A stretch of DNA of 64,000 bases from an uncultured Verrucomicrobiae bacterium (GCA_963837955.1 CAWIPH010000002.1:4032001-4096000), one strand, 5' to 3'; shown: positions 46,849 through 56,745, numbered from the stretch's first letter. The notes: a model not told the origin generated them from the letters alone. Numbers and translations: made by a program.

Positions 46849-47286
46849 ATGCAAGGAGCCTCCGAAATCGTTGCCCGACTGAGAATCTGCTACGCGAGGG
46901 AAATCGAAACTGTCGAATACTATTTGGTCAATGCGATCGACTTGGAAGGCGATCGGGCGGAACCCGTCAAAAATTTGCTCGATGAAGAAGTGCAAACTGC
47001 GCTAAGTCACGCGCGCCGACTGGCAAAGCGTATTAAGGCGATAGCGCAGGGTTCGCTGGCACTACCTAGCCTGCAAAACGGCAAACAGACACTTGCCGAT
47101 CAAGCTGACATCGATTCGTTTCTTCGCGATGCCATCAAGTCGTTGGAAACGGCGATGGAACAATACGAGGGAATTATCAAGCTCTGCGACGGCCACGATG
47201 TTCTGACCCAGGACCTGGTAATCGAACTCTTGGTGGACGAACGGGAGCGACGACGGCGCTTCATGGCGTTTCTGCCGGAAGAGTAG
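46849..47286 (+). CDS. Ferritin-like four-helix bundle protein
   Basis: YAREIETVEYY, HARRLAKRIK, ETAMEQY, DVLTQDLVIELLVDE; probable ATG at 46849. Confidence 0.75.
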   Translation: MQGASEIVARLRICYAREIETVEYYLVNAIDLEGDRAEPVKNLLDEEVQTALSHARRLAKRIKAIAQGSLALPSLQNGKQTLADQADIDSFLRDAIKSLETAMEQYEGIIKLCDGHDVLTQDLVIELLVDERERRRRFMAFLPEE

Positions 47287-47500
47287 CCTGATCCTCCCGG
47301 CTCGGGGTAGCCTGATGCTCCAGCCTCAGGGAGGGTACTTGTGATTAGTGATCAGTGAGAGGAGTGGTAAAAGGGGCCGGGAGAGATTTCTGCCGACGAT
47401 TTGTCGATAGGAATTCACCGTTCACCGATCACTTCTCACAATTGCGGTGTCCTGGGTTCCTGAGGCTGGAGCATCAGGCCACTTGGAAGCATCAGGCTGC
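47283..47500. repeat. Family-B REPIN with tandem REPs and heptamer arrays
   Basis: REPs at 47283-47306 (variant) and 47307-47330; inverted REP at 47459-47482 and a partial one at 47485-47500. Confidence 0.82.
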
Positions 47501-47547
47501 TCTTTGGCGATTGTTATCCTATTCCGATTAAGTTACCATCGCTCCCA

Positions 47548-48447
47548 ATGGCGCCGTCAAAAAAGGATCGATGGGTCGACCAATTTATTTCCTATCTCGA
47601 TGTCGAACGGGCCGCATCATCTCGAACTGTGATCGCCTACCGCCATGCTCTCGATCGGTTTAAGGCATTCCAAGGGGGGACAGTCGCATGGCATTCTGTT
47701 ACCGCCCACGAATTCCGCGCGTTCTTGCTGGCCTGTATGAAAGCGAATATGGCGCGCTCTTATGTGCGACTCACCTTCGCGGCATTACGCAGTTTTTACC
47801 GCTTTTTAGCGGAGCGCGCCGGACTAACGGTTAATCCCCTCAAAGAAGTAAGTTTACCCAAGCTAGAGAAGAAGCTACCCATCGTGCTCTCGATCACTCA
47901 AGTTAGCGAACTACTCGATAAACCGGCCCAAGTTGAGAAAAAGAATCAGGCGCCAAGCTGGGGGGCTGGCCGGGACGCAGCTATCCTTGAACTTTTTTAT
48001 AGCAGCGGCCTCCGGTTGAGCGAACTCGTTGCTCTGGATGTGGCCGACGTCGACGTTTATGCGGAGTCGGTCCGGGTTCTTGGCAAGGGTCGCAAAGAAC
48101 GGGTGGTGCCGGTCGGTGATTTGGCGTTGCAGGCCATTCAGAAATATCGCCAGGACGCTCGCGTCCACACAGGTCCCCTTTTTATCAGTAAGTTGCGAAA
48201 GCGCCTCTCCGCGCGGTCGGTCTGGCTCATCCTCAAGAAATATCTCCAGAACACGTCGATCCAACTGCCGGTGAGTCCGCATAAGCTCCGGCACAGCTTC
48301 GCTACGCACTTACTCGAAAACGGGGCAGACCTCCGAAGTGTTCAGACATTACTCGGACATGCTAATCTCTCGACCACCCAGATCTACACGCACGTCACCG
48401 TCGAAAGACTGAAGAAGGCGTACGACGACTCGCATCCGCGAGCCTAG
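47548..48447 (+). CDS. xerC: Tyrosine recombinase XerC/XerD type
   Basis: LFYSSGLRLSEL, GKGRKER, SPHKLRHSFATHLLENGADLRSVQTLLGHANLSTTQIYTH. Confidence 0.88.
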   Translation: MAPSKKDRWVDQFISYLDVERAASSRTVIAYRHALDRFKAFQGGTVAWHSVTAHEFRAFLLACMKANMARSYVRLTFAALRSFYRFLAERAGLTVNPLKEVSLPKLEKKLPIVLSITQVSELLDKPAQVEKKNQAPSWGAGRDAAILELFYSSGLRLSELVALDVADVDVYAESVRVLGKGRKERVVPVGDLALQAIQKYRQDARVHTGPLFISKLRKRLSARSVWLILKKYLQNTSIQLPVSPHKLRHSFATHLLENGADLRSVQTLLGHANLSTTQIYTHVTVERLKKAYDDSHPRA

Positions 48448-48599
48448 GGCCGCTCGAGGCTTCGCTCTCATCGGACTCGCCCGCTTGAATGGTTCTGTGG
48501 CCGGAATTCTGGAAACCGAATAATCCTGATCGAAGCGCGCTTTGTATTTGCGGACGGCAACCGGTTGTTGCACCTCAAATACAATCACTCCTCGATCCC

Positions 48600-49655
48600 A
48601 TGACCAATCCCCTCAGAGTCGTCGTTGTCGGTTCCGGTATCGGTGCTCAGCATGTCCGAGGTTATCGTGCGGCTTCCGACCTCTTCGAGATAACCGCGAT
48701 TTGCGACATCGACCCTGAGCGCGGAGCAGCTCTCGCCGAAGAATGCGGAATCCAGCTCCTTACTGATTTCGAAGCAGCGATTCATCGCACCGATGTCGAC
48801 ATCGTCGATCTCTGTACCCCTCCCACCCTGCATTTTCAGCAAATGTGCGCAGCGATCGAAGCGGGTAAACACGTGATCTGTGAAAAGCCGATCGTTGGTA
48901 GCTTGGCTGAGCTGGATCAAGTGGAAGATCTTGCCCAGAGGACAGGCAAACAAATTATGCCGATTTTCCAATATCGGTTCGGTCGTGGCCTACAAAAATT
49001 GAAGTATTTGATCGAACGCCAGCTCACGGGTGAAGCATTCGTCTTCAATGTTGATGTAGCTTGGTGGCGTTCGGGTGACTACTATTCGATTCCGTGGCGC
49101 GGCAAGCGGGCGACGGAGCTGGGTGGCGCACTTCTGAGCCAGGCGATTCATGCCGTCGATATGGTTTTTTATATACTGGGTCCGGCGCGGTCGCTCTTCG
49201 CTCGGACTGCCACGCGGGTTAATCCGATCGAGGTTGAAGATTGCGTGGCGATTGCAATAGAGATGGGTGACGGCTCACTCGGTACGATCTCTGTTACGCT
49301 TGGTTCGGCTGGGCAAATTTCGCGCCATCGTTTTACATTTCGCAATCTGAGTGCGGAAAGTAATGCCGAGCCATACACTAATTCCGGCGAACCTTGGATG
49401 TTTTCGTTTCCCGAGGAAAAGCGAGGACTACAAATCGAACAAGCCCTCGCTGAATTCACGCCTTCAGCGGAAGGATATGAGGGACAGTTCCGGCGCTTTC
49501 ACCAATCTTTCATTCACGGGGAATCTCCGCCGGTGACCTTAGCGGATGCACGTCGAGTTCTGGAGTTTATCGGTGCTGTCTATTCTTCTGCGGAAAGCGG
49601 AGAGCGCGTTTCCCTTCCTTTGACCAGAACGAACCCGAAATACAATCGGTTTTAG
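48600..49655 (+). CDS. Gfo/Idh/MocA family oxidoreductase
   Basis: VVVVGSGIG, CTPPTLH, HVICEKP, GGALLSQAIH; ATG at 48600. Confidence 0.9.
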   Translation: MTNPLRVVVVGSGIGAQHVRGYRAASDLFEITAICDIDPERGAALAEECGIQLLTDFEAAIHRTDVDIVDLCTPPTLHFQQMCAAIEAGKHVICEKPIVGSLAELDQVEDLAQRTGKQIMPIFQYRFGRGLQKLKYLIERQLTGEAFVFNVDVAWWRSGDYYSIPWRGKRATELGGALLSQAIHAVDMVFYILGPARSLFARTATRVNPIEVEDCVAIAIEMGDGSLGTISVTLGSAGQISRHRFTFRNLSAESNAEPYTNSGEPWMFSFPEEKRGLQIEQALAEFTPSAEGYEGQFRRFHQSFIHGESPPVTLADARRVLEFIGAVYSSAESGERVSLPLTRTNPKYNRF

Positions 49656-49708
49656 ATAAGACCAATGGCGCACGTTGAAGAAGGCATTCGCCGAACGCTG
49701 AAAAACCC

Positions 49709-50788
49709 ATGTCTGAAGTTTGGGAAAATATCTTAAAAGAAGCACCCCGGCCGGCTAGCGCTTGTCGGCCCGGTGAGTTCCGCGTGGCTGCGGTCGGCTT
49801 GGATCACAATCACATTTATGGAATGTGCCAAGGCTTGATTGAAGCGGGAGCCTCGATCGAATTGGTTTTTGATGCGGATCCATCCAAGGTCGGAGCATTC
49901 CAAGAAAAATACCCCTCCGCCAAATCTGCGCGGTCGCTTGACGAAGTCCTCGAGTCCCAAGCAATTCAGTTGGTCGCTTGCGCATCGATTCCCAGCGACC
50001 GGGCTCAGGTTGCGGCTCAAGCGCTCAAAGCCGGCAAAGATTTCTTCGTCGACAAACCGCCGTTGACGAGCCTCCCGCAATTGGCGTCTACCCGCGAAAT
50101 CGTCAAAAGCTCACAACGAAAATTTCTGGTTTACTTTAGCGAACGGCTACACAACGAAAGCGCAACCGCAGCGTCCATCCTGGTTGAGCGAGGCGCTATC
50201 GGCCGGGTGTTGCAAGTGATAGGGCTCGGTCCTCACCGACTGAACGCTGCCAGTCGGCCCGACTGGTTTTTCCAACGCGCCCGGTACGGTGGAATTCTTT
50301 GCGATATCGGCAGCCACCAAATCGAACAATTCCTGTACTTCTCCGGATCGAAAGACGCGACCATTTTAAGCGCAGCGGTTGCTAACTACGATCACCCCGA
50401 CAGACCGGAACTGGAGGATTTCGGAGAAGCGAGTTTGGTAGGTGATAACGGGTCTAGTAACTACTTCCGAGTAGATTGGTTCACGCCTGATGGATTATCG
50501 AGCTGGGGCGATGGCCGGACGATCATCTTAGGAACGGAAGGGTATCTCGAGCTACGAAAGAACGTCGATATCGGCCGCGACCGAGGCGACCAAGTTTACC
50601 TGGTTAACTCACAAGGTGAATTCCATTTCCCGGTCGCCGGCAAAATAGGTTATCCGTTCTTTGAGCTCATGATACGCGACTGCCTGGAGCGCACGAATCG
50701 AGCGATGAGTCAGGAGCACATCTTTAGAGCAAGTGAGCTCTGCTTAAAGGCACAAGCGCAGGCAGTTCGGTTATGGCCGGTTGCCTAA
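49709..50788 (+). CDS. Gfo/Idh/MocA family oxidoreductase
   Basis: AAVGLDHNHIYG, FVDKPP, GGILCDIGSHQ, VDWFTPDGL. Confidence 0.9.
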   Translation: MSEVWENILKEAPRPASACRPGEFRVAAVGLDHNHIYGMCQGLIEAGASIELVFDADPSKVGAFQEKYPSAKSARSLDEVLESQAIQLVACASIPSDRAQVAAQALKAGKDFFVDKPPLTSLPQLASTREIVKSSQRKFLVYFSERLHNESATAASILVERGAIGRVLQVIGLGPHRLNAASRPDWFFQRARYGGILCDIGSHQIEQFLYFSGSKDATILSAAVANYDHPDRPELEDFGEASLVGDNGSSNYFRVDWFTPDGLSSWGDGRTIILGTEGYLELRKNVDIGRDRGDQVYLVNSQGEFHFPVAGKIGYPFFELMIRDCLERTNRAMSQEHIFRASELCLKAQAQAVRLWPVA

Positions 50789-50842
50789 CCTACAGAGACT
50801 TACTAGTGCACGGCCATCCCCGTCTCGAAACTCGCCCGCAAT

Positions 50843-50937
50843 GGTAGGGCAAAACCTCAGCGCTTCCGCGATACCCATAATGGTAGGGTGAAAGCCTGGC
50901 GCGGTCTCAGCCGCGCCGGCTTGAGCCTTTCGTACCT
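50843..50937. repeat. Family-A REPs left of the RAYT (partial 50843-50863, full 50882-50937)
   Basis: GGTAGGGCAAAACCTCAGCGC and GGTAGGGTGAAAGCCT-GGCGCGGTCTCAGCCGCGCC-GGCTTGAGCC-TTTCGTACCT. Confidence 0.82.
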
Positions 50938-50948
50938 CATCGCGCGCC

Positions 50949-51413
50949 TCAGAACCACCATCGCTCAGTCTTTATCAATACTCCACGAAACGGCCAATCT
51001 CGGACTCGCTTTACAAGCCCGGCGCGCACGGGGTTTTCGTCCATGTAGATTCGCTTTTCAACGGCGCCTTCGAAACAGCGGATGCGATGATGAAACGATC
51101 CGGCCTGCCACCGGCAATTGGGATTCCTTAGCACACGTGCTACACCGCGTTTCCAGCACGTGATCCAGTCATCAAAAGCGATTGGTTCTGCAGTCGGTTC
51201 GGCGAAGAAATGTACATGGTCCGGCATGATAACGTAAGCGCTCACAATCCAGGCGTTATGGCGTCGCCACACAGAACGAAGCGCGCCATGCACCCGCTGC
51301 GTAGCTAGCCATCGCTTTCGCCTCTTCGTGCATATTGTTGCCAGTACCAGGGTGGGGAGAGTTTCGTCTTCGATGACGCCTCGCGCCGGGCGACGCCTTT
51401 CATTGTATAACAT
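50949..51413 (-). mobile_element. REP-associated tyrosine transposase (RAYT/TnpA-REP, Y1 HUH family)
   Basis: ATICT, YVIMPDHVHFF (HUH), WQAGSFHHRIR, YMDENPVRAGLV...DWPF (catalytic Tyr); flanked by inverted REPs. Confidence 0.9.
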
Positions 51414-51448
51414 ATCAAAAGATTGTAGCTAATAAGGCGCCGAACTCA

Positions 51449-51504
51449 AGGCACGAACGGCTCAAGCCGATCCCGCTGAAACGGCATCAGGCTTTCGCCC
51501 TACC
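51449..51504. repeat. Family-A REP right of the RAYT (inverted)
   Basis: Reverse complement GGTAGGGCGAAAGCCT-GATGCCGTTTCAGCGGGATC-GGCTTGAGCC-GTTCGTGCCT. Confidence 0.85.
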
Positions 51505-51578
51505 GTCTGGGCGCCCACGAAAGTTGCAACCGCGCTGCCCTGGTGCGACATACATCGCCACCTTTATTTTCCGAACTG

Positions 51579-53378
51579 ATGGCTCACATTCCGACTCGCG
51601 ATGAAATTGCCGCTGCTGACACCTGGGATCTCACTCCTCTCTTTCAAACCGAATCCGAGTACCAGGCAGCACTGGCCGACCTCCGAAAAGCGATTCCACT
51701 GTATGAACAGTTTAAGGTTCGCTTCACCGAGACAGCAGAGGAGCTATCCAAGTGCCTCGAGTTCGATAAATCCGTTGATCTCATCGCGGAGCGACTCGGT
51801 CACTATGCCTCACTCAAATATGCGGAAGACGGTTCGAATCACGAGCATTTAGCTCGCCGAACCGAATTGGCAAACGTGGGGACCAGGCATAGGGAAGCTT
51901 CAGCGTTTATCGGGCCTGGCATTCAGGCGATTCCAGACGCCGTCTTCGAAGCGTTTTTGGATGATCCAGTTCTTGCGGACTGGCGCCGAGCTCTAATTCG
52001 GCTGCGGCGTTACCGGCCGCACACCTTGTCCGAGCCGGAAGAGAAAATCCTTGCGGCAGGGTCGACTGTTATTCGTGGGCACCACGAAACGTTTTCTCAG
52101 CTCACTAATGTAGACATGAAATTCGGTGTAGTGGTGGGCGCAGAGGGTGAGGAGATTCCACTCTCGCAGAGCTCCTACGTGTCGCTTCTGCAAAAACAAG
52201 ACCGGCAAATCCGGCAGCGGGCATTTACGCAGTTTTACCAAGAGTTTTCCGACCATCGATATACGCTGGCGTCTTCTTTAGCAGCCTCGATCCGAGGTAA
52301 CGTTTTTTACGCTAGAATGCGGCGCTATCCATCGGCTCGAGAAGCCTCGTTATTTAGTGATGACGTTCCTGTGGCAGTATACGACAACCTGATCTCCACC
52401 GTGCGTGATCACCTGCCGGTGCTGCACGAATATTACGCGCTACGCCGAGAGATACTGCAAATCGATGAAATCCACCAGTACGATACCTTCGTACCATTGG
52501 TCCCAAAGGTGGCGAAGCACGTCCCATTCAACGAAGCGATCCAGCTGGTTACGGAATCGTTGCAACCGCTCGGGAGAGAATATGTCGATATTCTTCGTCA
52601 AGGACTGAACGACCGCTGGGTAGACCGGTACGAAACGAAAGGCAAGCGCAGCGGGGCGTTTTCTTCTTCCAGCTATGGGAACGCACCGTATATCCTGATG
52701 AACTATCGGCCCGACGTTTTTTCAGACGTGTTCACTCTCGCTCATGAGAGCGGGCATTCCATGCACAGCTGGTATTCGCAGCAGCATCAACTTTTTCAGG
52801 ACTATAGTTATCCTATATTTCTCGCCGAGGTCGCTTCTACCTTTAACGAAGAGCTCTTAACCCACCATCTACTTCAGCGCGCAGAAGACCTGAGTTTGCG
52901 GGCTTATCTCATCGACCGTCAGATCGAGGACATTCGCTCGGTTTTGTTTCGTCAAACGATGTTTGCCGAGTTTGAAAAGGAGACGCACCAACGCGAGGAA
53001 GAAGGGCGTCCCCTGACTCTCGATGTGTTCGAATCGATTTATCGTGAACTGCTTCAGGCCTATTACGGACCCGACTTTGCTCTTGATCCAGAGCTGAATA
53101 TCGAATGTCTCCGGATCCCCCACTTCTACTCGGCATTTTATGTCTATAAATATGCCACAGGAATCTCTGCTGCTATTGCGTTGGCCAAGAGGGTTCTGGA
53201 AGGCGGAGATCAGGCCGTCGAAGAGTATCTCGGCTTTCTCAAATCCGGCGGCGCAAAATTTCCGATAGAGACTTTGCGGGCGGCCGGTGTGGATATGTTG
53301 ACCCCGGAACCGGTGGAACGAGCAATTGAGCTGTTTGGCCGGCGTTTGAAAGAATTGAGAGAGTTATTGGTCCATTGA
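51579..53378 (+). CDS. pepF: Oligoendopeptidase F (M3B)
   Basis: TWDLTPLF, GKRSGAFS, TLAHESGHSMH (HExxH), AEVASTFNE, RIPHFY..FYVYKYATG. Confidence 0.94.
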   Translation: MAHIPTRDEIAAADTWDLTPLFQTESEYQAALADLRKAIPLYEQFKVRFTETAEELSKCLEFDKSVDLIAERLGHYASLKYAEDGSNHEHLARRTELANVGTRHREASAFIGPGIQAIPDAVFEAFLDDPVLADWRRALIRLRRYRPHTLSEPEEKILAAGSTVIRGHHETFSQLTNVDMKFGVVVGAEGEEIPLSQSSYVSLLQKQDRQIRQRAFTQFYQEFSDHRYTLASSLAASIRGNVFYARMRRYPSAREASLFSDDVPVAVYDNLISTVRDHLPVLHEYYALRREILQIDEIHQYDTFVPLVPKVAKHVPFNEAIQLVTESLQPLGREYVDILRQGLNDRWVDRYETKGKRSGAFSSSSYGNAPYILMNYRPDVFSDVFTLAHESGHSMHSWYSQQHQLFQDYSYPIFLAEVASTFNEELLTHHLLQRAEDLSLRAYLIDRQIEDIRSVLFRQTMFAEFEKETHQREEEGRPLTLDVFESIYRELLQAYYGPDFALDPELNIECLRIPHFYSAFYVYKYATGISAAIALAKRVLEGGDQAVEEYLGFLKSGGAKFPIETLRAAGVDMLTPEPVERAIELFGRRLKELRELLVH

Positions 53379-53760
53379 GCCATCAGGAATCTAGCAGCTA
53401 GAAGATCCGGGATGGTGGCAGCAAACCCTTCTCAAAAAGAAATTTAACCCATTCCGGGCAGAGCGGTACAGTCCGGTACGCAACGCCTGAATCGGACTAT
53501 TAAAGGCCCGACCGGGAGCTTTCGCCCATTGATTGTGTTTCGGCTCGCTCGCCCAAAACGTCCCAGTCGCTCGGCAGCGAGCTTTACATCCCGTTAGGGT
53601 CTGCACTGCTCATCCAACGCTTTCGCAATTTTGTGAATCCTTTCTCGCTAAATTTCATAGGCTCTAAACTGGCTAGATGACCAAACCCGTGCTATAAACT
53701 TCAGGCAGCTGACGAGCTAAAAAAATCGAACCAACAGAGTTCTGAAACGGGGGGGTTACC

Positions 53761-53952
53761 GTGAATAAAATAGCAACAGGGGAAGGTGTTGAAAGACTCG
53801 AAGAAAACGAAGCAGAAAAGCTCAGCGTCTCGAATATTCCGAGGCTAAGCGCAGAAGAGCTTTTTCGCCTGGCAGCACAGATCGAAGTTCGCTCTCCCAA
53901 GGGCGCAGAAACCGATTCGCCGAGCACGATTTTTTATCCTTACATCGAGTAA
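53761..53952 (+). CDS. Possible small protein (63 aa)
   Basis: GTG start after a G-run, TATAAA ~60 nt upstream, acidic protein-like composition; no family recognised. Confidence 0.35.
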   Translation: MNKIATGEGVERLEENEAEKLSVSNIPRLSAEELFRLAAQIEVRSPKGAETDSPSTIFYPYIE

Positions 53953-54063
53953 TTGGGGAATTTGCGGGAGAGCCGCAACGCGGCCGCACTTCCTTCATCG
54001 TCTTTGTTCTCGACTGCGGTCGGTCGAAGCGCAGCCTCAGCGTCTCTCCGAGGTTCGGAGGCC

Positions 54064-54280
54064 CGTCCGGCAGTTGCCTCGCGGACGCGAGACCCAACGC
54101 GGGGAGGGATCGCGTCCCCGCGATCCCTTGTGGCCGGACCCAAGCGCATTTGTATACCAAGGGTTAAATTGCGTCCCCCAGGTTAGAGATCGTTTTCTCG
54201 GCGCGCGGGGACGCGCGCCCTCCCGGCGATGGAGCAGGCAAACCATTCTTAAGTTGACGCGTATGGGCAGTTGCCGGACG
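54064..54280. repeat. Nested inverted repeats including a family-D GGAG-type REP pair
   Basis: Inner GGGAGGGATCGCGTCCCCGCGATCC (54102-54126) with inverted GGCGCGCGGGGACGCGCGCCCTCCC (54200-54224); outer CGTCCGGCAGTTGCC / GGCAGTTGCCGGACG. Confidence 0.7.
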
Positions 54281-54365
54281 CCCGGAAACTATCGAGTGCG
54301 CACCCAGGAATCGAGCCCAAGGATTCTGGAGTCGGGAGCAACCCCGGATATTGCAGGCATTTTCC

Positions 54366-55391
54366 CTAATACGAAGCCTGAGCGCCTGTAATATTTTTGC
54401 GGTGTATCCACGGCATTAGTGACCGCAGACGCAAGCCCACTTTCTCGATCGGATGTTTTTGGCCGTCTTTGAGCAACTTCTTGTAATCAGGCAAACCTTT
54501 CTCGTACTCGCCGATCCAACCTTTCGCGAATTTTCCAGATTGGATCTCTTTCAAAGCCCGCTTCATTTTCTTTTTTACAGTACCATCAATAATCGTAGGT
54601 CCGACCGAAACGTCACCCCATTTGGCTGTTTCCGAAATCGAGAACCGCATTCCGGCAATCCCCGACTCATACATTAAATCCACGATCAACTTCAGTTCGT
54701 GCAGGCACTCGAAATAGGCCATTTCGGGTTGGTAACCGGCTTCGATCAGCGTTTCGAATCCATTCTGAACCAGAGCAGTCAAGCCACCGCACAAAACCGT
54801 TTGCTCGCCGAACAAATCGGTCTCGGTCTCTTCCTTGAATGTTGTTTCGAGTACGCCGGCTCGAGTTGCGCCGATGCCTTTGGCCCAAGCCAGAGCAATC
54901 TTCTTAGCTTTTTTTGATGGATTTTGATAAACCGCGATTAAGGCCGGGACCCCTTTGCCTTCCAGATATTGTCGCCGAACGATATGACCGGGTCCCTTCG
55001 GGGCCACCATGATTACGTCCACTTCGGCCGGCGGTTTGACCGTCTGGAAATGGATGGCAAATCCATGACTAAAGAGCAGCGTTTTTCCCAGACGAAGATG
55101 CGGAGCCACCTCCTTTTCGTAGATCGAGGCGATCTTCAAATCCGGAGTAGCGAAGAAAATGATGTCAGCCTTTTTGGCTGCTTCCGCTACTGAGGAAACT
55201 TCAAAACCGTGTTCTTTGGCCACGGCGATCGATTTGCTACCCTCGTGCAAACCGACAATGACGTCCACCCCACTGTCTTTGAGATTCAGTGCGTGGGCAT
55301 GACCTTGCGACCCGAAACCGATCACTGCACATACCTTTCCATGCAGGTTGTTCAGGTCCGCGTCTTTATCTGTGTAGACTTTTGCTGGCAT
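54366..55391 (-). CDS. ilvC: Ketol-acid reductoisomerase (class I)
   Basis: [52 protein letters not shown]. Confidence 0.97.
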   Translation of the reverse strand: MPAKVYTDKDADLNNLHGKVCAVIGFGSQGHAHALNLKDSGVDVIVGLHEGSKSIAVAKEHGFEVSSVAEAAKKADIIFFATPDLKIASIYEKEVAPHLRLGKTLLFSHGFAIHFQTVKPPAEVDVIMVAPKGPGHIVRRQYLEGKGVPALIAVYQNPSKKAKKIALAWAKGIGATRAGVLETTFKEETETDLFGEQTVLCGGLTALVQNGFETLIEAGYQPEMAYFECLHELKLIVDLMYESGIAGMRFSISETAKWGDVSVGPTIIDGTVKKKMKRALKEIQSGKFAKGWIGEYEKGLPDYKKLLKDGQKHPIEKVGLRLRSLMPWIHRKNITGAQASY

Positions 55392-55903
55392 AGAATGATT
55401 CCGTTGTCAGGAAATAGAAGCGCACTCACTCCGACTCGGTCCATGGCAACCCGACCGGTCCGGGTCAGATCGCTAATGCCGAAGTTCTCCATGAGTTTGA
55501 GGAACTTCGTGATCTTGCTCTCGTTGCCGGTGATTTCGATGGCGAGACGTTTCGGTTGAACGTCGACAATTTTGGCTCGAAAAATATCGCAGATTTGCAT
55601 GACTTCGGAACGAGTTTGCGAATCCGCTTTCACCCGAAGCATCACCAGCTCGCGGTCTACAAACTGACCGTCCCGAAAGTCCTGAATTTCTATTACGTCC
55701 ACTAGTTTGCTGAGTTGCCTCGTTACCTGTTCCAGGACGGTATCGTCTCCGCGGACAACGATCGTCATGCGCGAGGTTGAAGGGTCGTTGGCAGGCGCGA
55801 CATTCAAGCTATCGATATTGAATCCGCGCCCACTGAACATTCCTGCGATCCGGGCAAGGACGCCGAATCGGTTCTCCACCAGGATAGAGATTGTGTGACG
55901 CAT
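55352..55903 (-). CDS. ilvN: Acetolactate synthase small (regulatory) subunit
   Basis: [33 protein letters not shown]...QLSKLVDV...TRTGRVAM. Confidence 0.95.
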   Translation of the reverse strand: MRHTISILVENRFGVLARIAGMFSGRGFNIDSLNVAPANDPSTSRMTIVVRGDDTVLEQVTRQLSKLVDVIEIQDFRDGQFVDRELVMLRVKADSQTRSEVMQICDIFRAKIVDVQPKRLAIEITGNESKITKFLKLMENFGISDLTRTGRVAMDRVGVSALLFPDNGIILCQQKSTQIKTRT

Positions 55904-56110
55904 AGTTAAGGGGGGAAATCATCCGGCGAACCGCCGCAAAATCAATAAAAAACATGGGAATTTCCGCGGCTTGGCAGCGTGCGGAGGCGGGGCGGTCCCA
56001 CCATATCAAAATCCACCCAGATCGCCCGATAGCCTATTTGCTCTCAACTTTCCCTTCTGGTCTCTGCCGAGTTGTCTAGGCCGGCCTATCATGCCATCGT
56101 CGCGCCGGGT

Positions 56111-56704
56111 ATGACCATTTTCACTGCTCCGACAAAACGCTACGAGGGATACATCTTTGATTGTGACGGGACCTTAGCGCACTCGATGCCACTTCACTAT
56201 CTGGCTTGGAAGAGGGCAGTGGCAGAGGCAGGCGGGCAGATTCCTGAAGATCTTTTTTACAGTCTCGGAGGATTTCCCAGCCGAAGTATCGTTTCTCTTT
56301 TGAACGAGAAATTCGGGTCGCACATGGACCCAGAGGCTGTGGCAACGTTGAAGGAAAAATATTATGTCGATCTTTTGACCGAGGTTGCTCCAATTGACGA
56401 AGTGGTCACGTTTGCCAGAGAAGTTGCCCTTTTTGCCAAGGTGGCTGTCGCGTCGGGCGGCATCTTGCCCGTCGTTCTAAAGACACTGGATAGTATTGGC
56501 TTCGATGGCTTCTTTTCGGTGGTCGTCACCAGCGAACAGGTACCCCGTGGCAAACCGTATCCGGACATGTTTCTTGAAGCTGCCCGCCGCCTCGATGTTT
56601 CACCCGCGGCTTGCCTGGTTTTGGAAGATAGTCCGGCCGGTTTCGAAGCGGCCGTAGCCGCTGGTATGGATTACGCGGTAGTGGCGCGACCGGCGAGGGC
56701 GTAA
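56111..56704 (+). CDS. HAD-family phosphatase (YqaB/beta-PGM-like)
   Basis: IFDCDGTL, AVASGG, GKPYPDMFLEAA, VLEDSPAG. Confidence 0.9.
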   Translation: MTIFTAPTKRYEGYIFDCDGTLAHSMPLHYLAWKRAVAEAGGQIPEDLFYSLGGFPSRSIVSLLNEKFGSHMDPEAVATLKEKYYVDLLTEVAPIDEVVTFAREVALFAKVAVASGGILPVVLKTLDSIGFDGFFSVVVTSEQVPRGKPYPDMFLEAARRLDVSPAACLVLEDSPAGFEAAVAAGMDYAVVARPARA

Positions 56705-56745
56705 CGGCGTATCGGCGGAACCTGGAAATCCTTGAGGACTGGAGT

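Noticed and set aside
47548..48447. Tyrosine recombinase as a prophage, integron or island integrase
   Set aside because: Length and motifs fit housekeeping XerC/D; no att sites, cassettes, tRNA or phage genes nearby.
50949..51413. IS200/IS605 element with TnpB
   Set aside because: No tnpB; the NPVRAGLV motif and inverted GTAG-led flanks fit a RAYT.
53822..54391. Several overlapping short ORFs upstream of the ilvC stop
   Set aside because: They arise from GC-rich nested inverted repeats; no coding signal.
55225..55255. IlvC cofactor loop GLHEGSKS (His in place of the common Arg) as a sign of altered NAD(P)H preference
   Set aside because: Both serines are retained; one substitution is not enough to claim a cofactor switch without alignment or assay.
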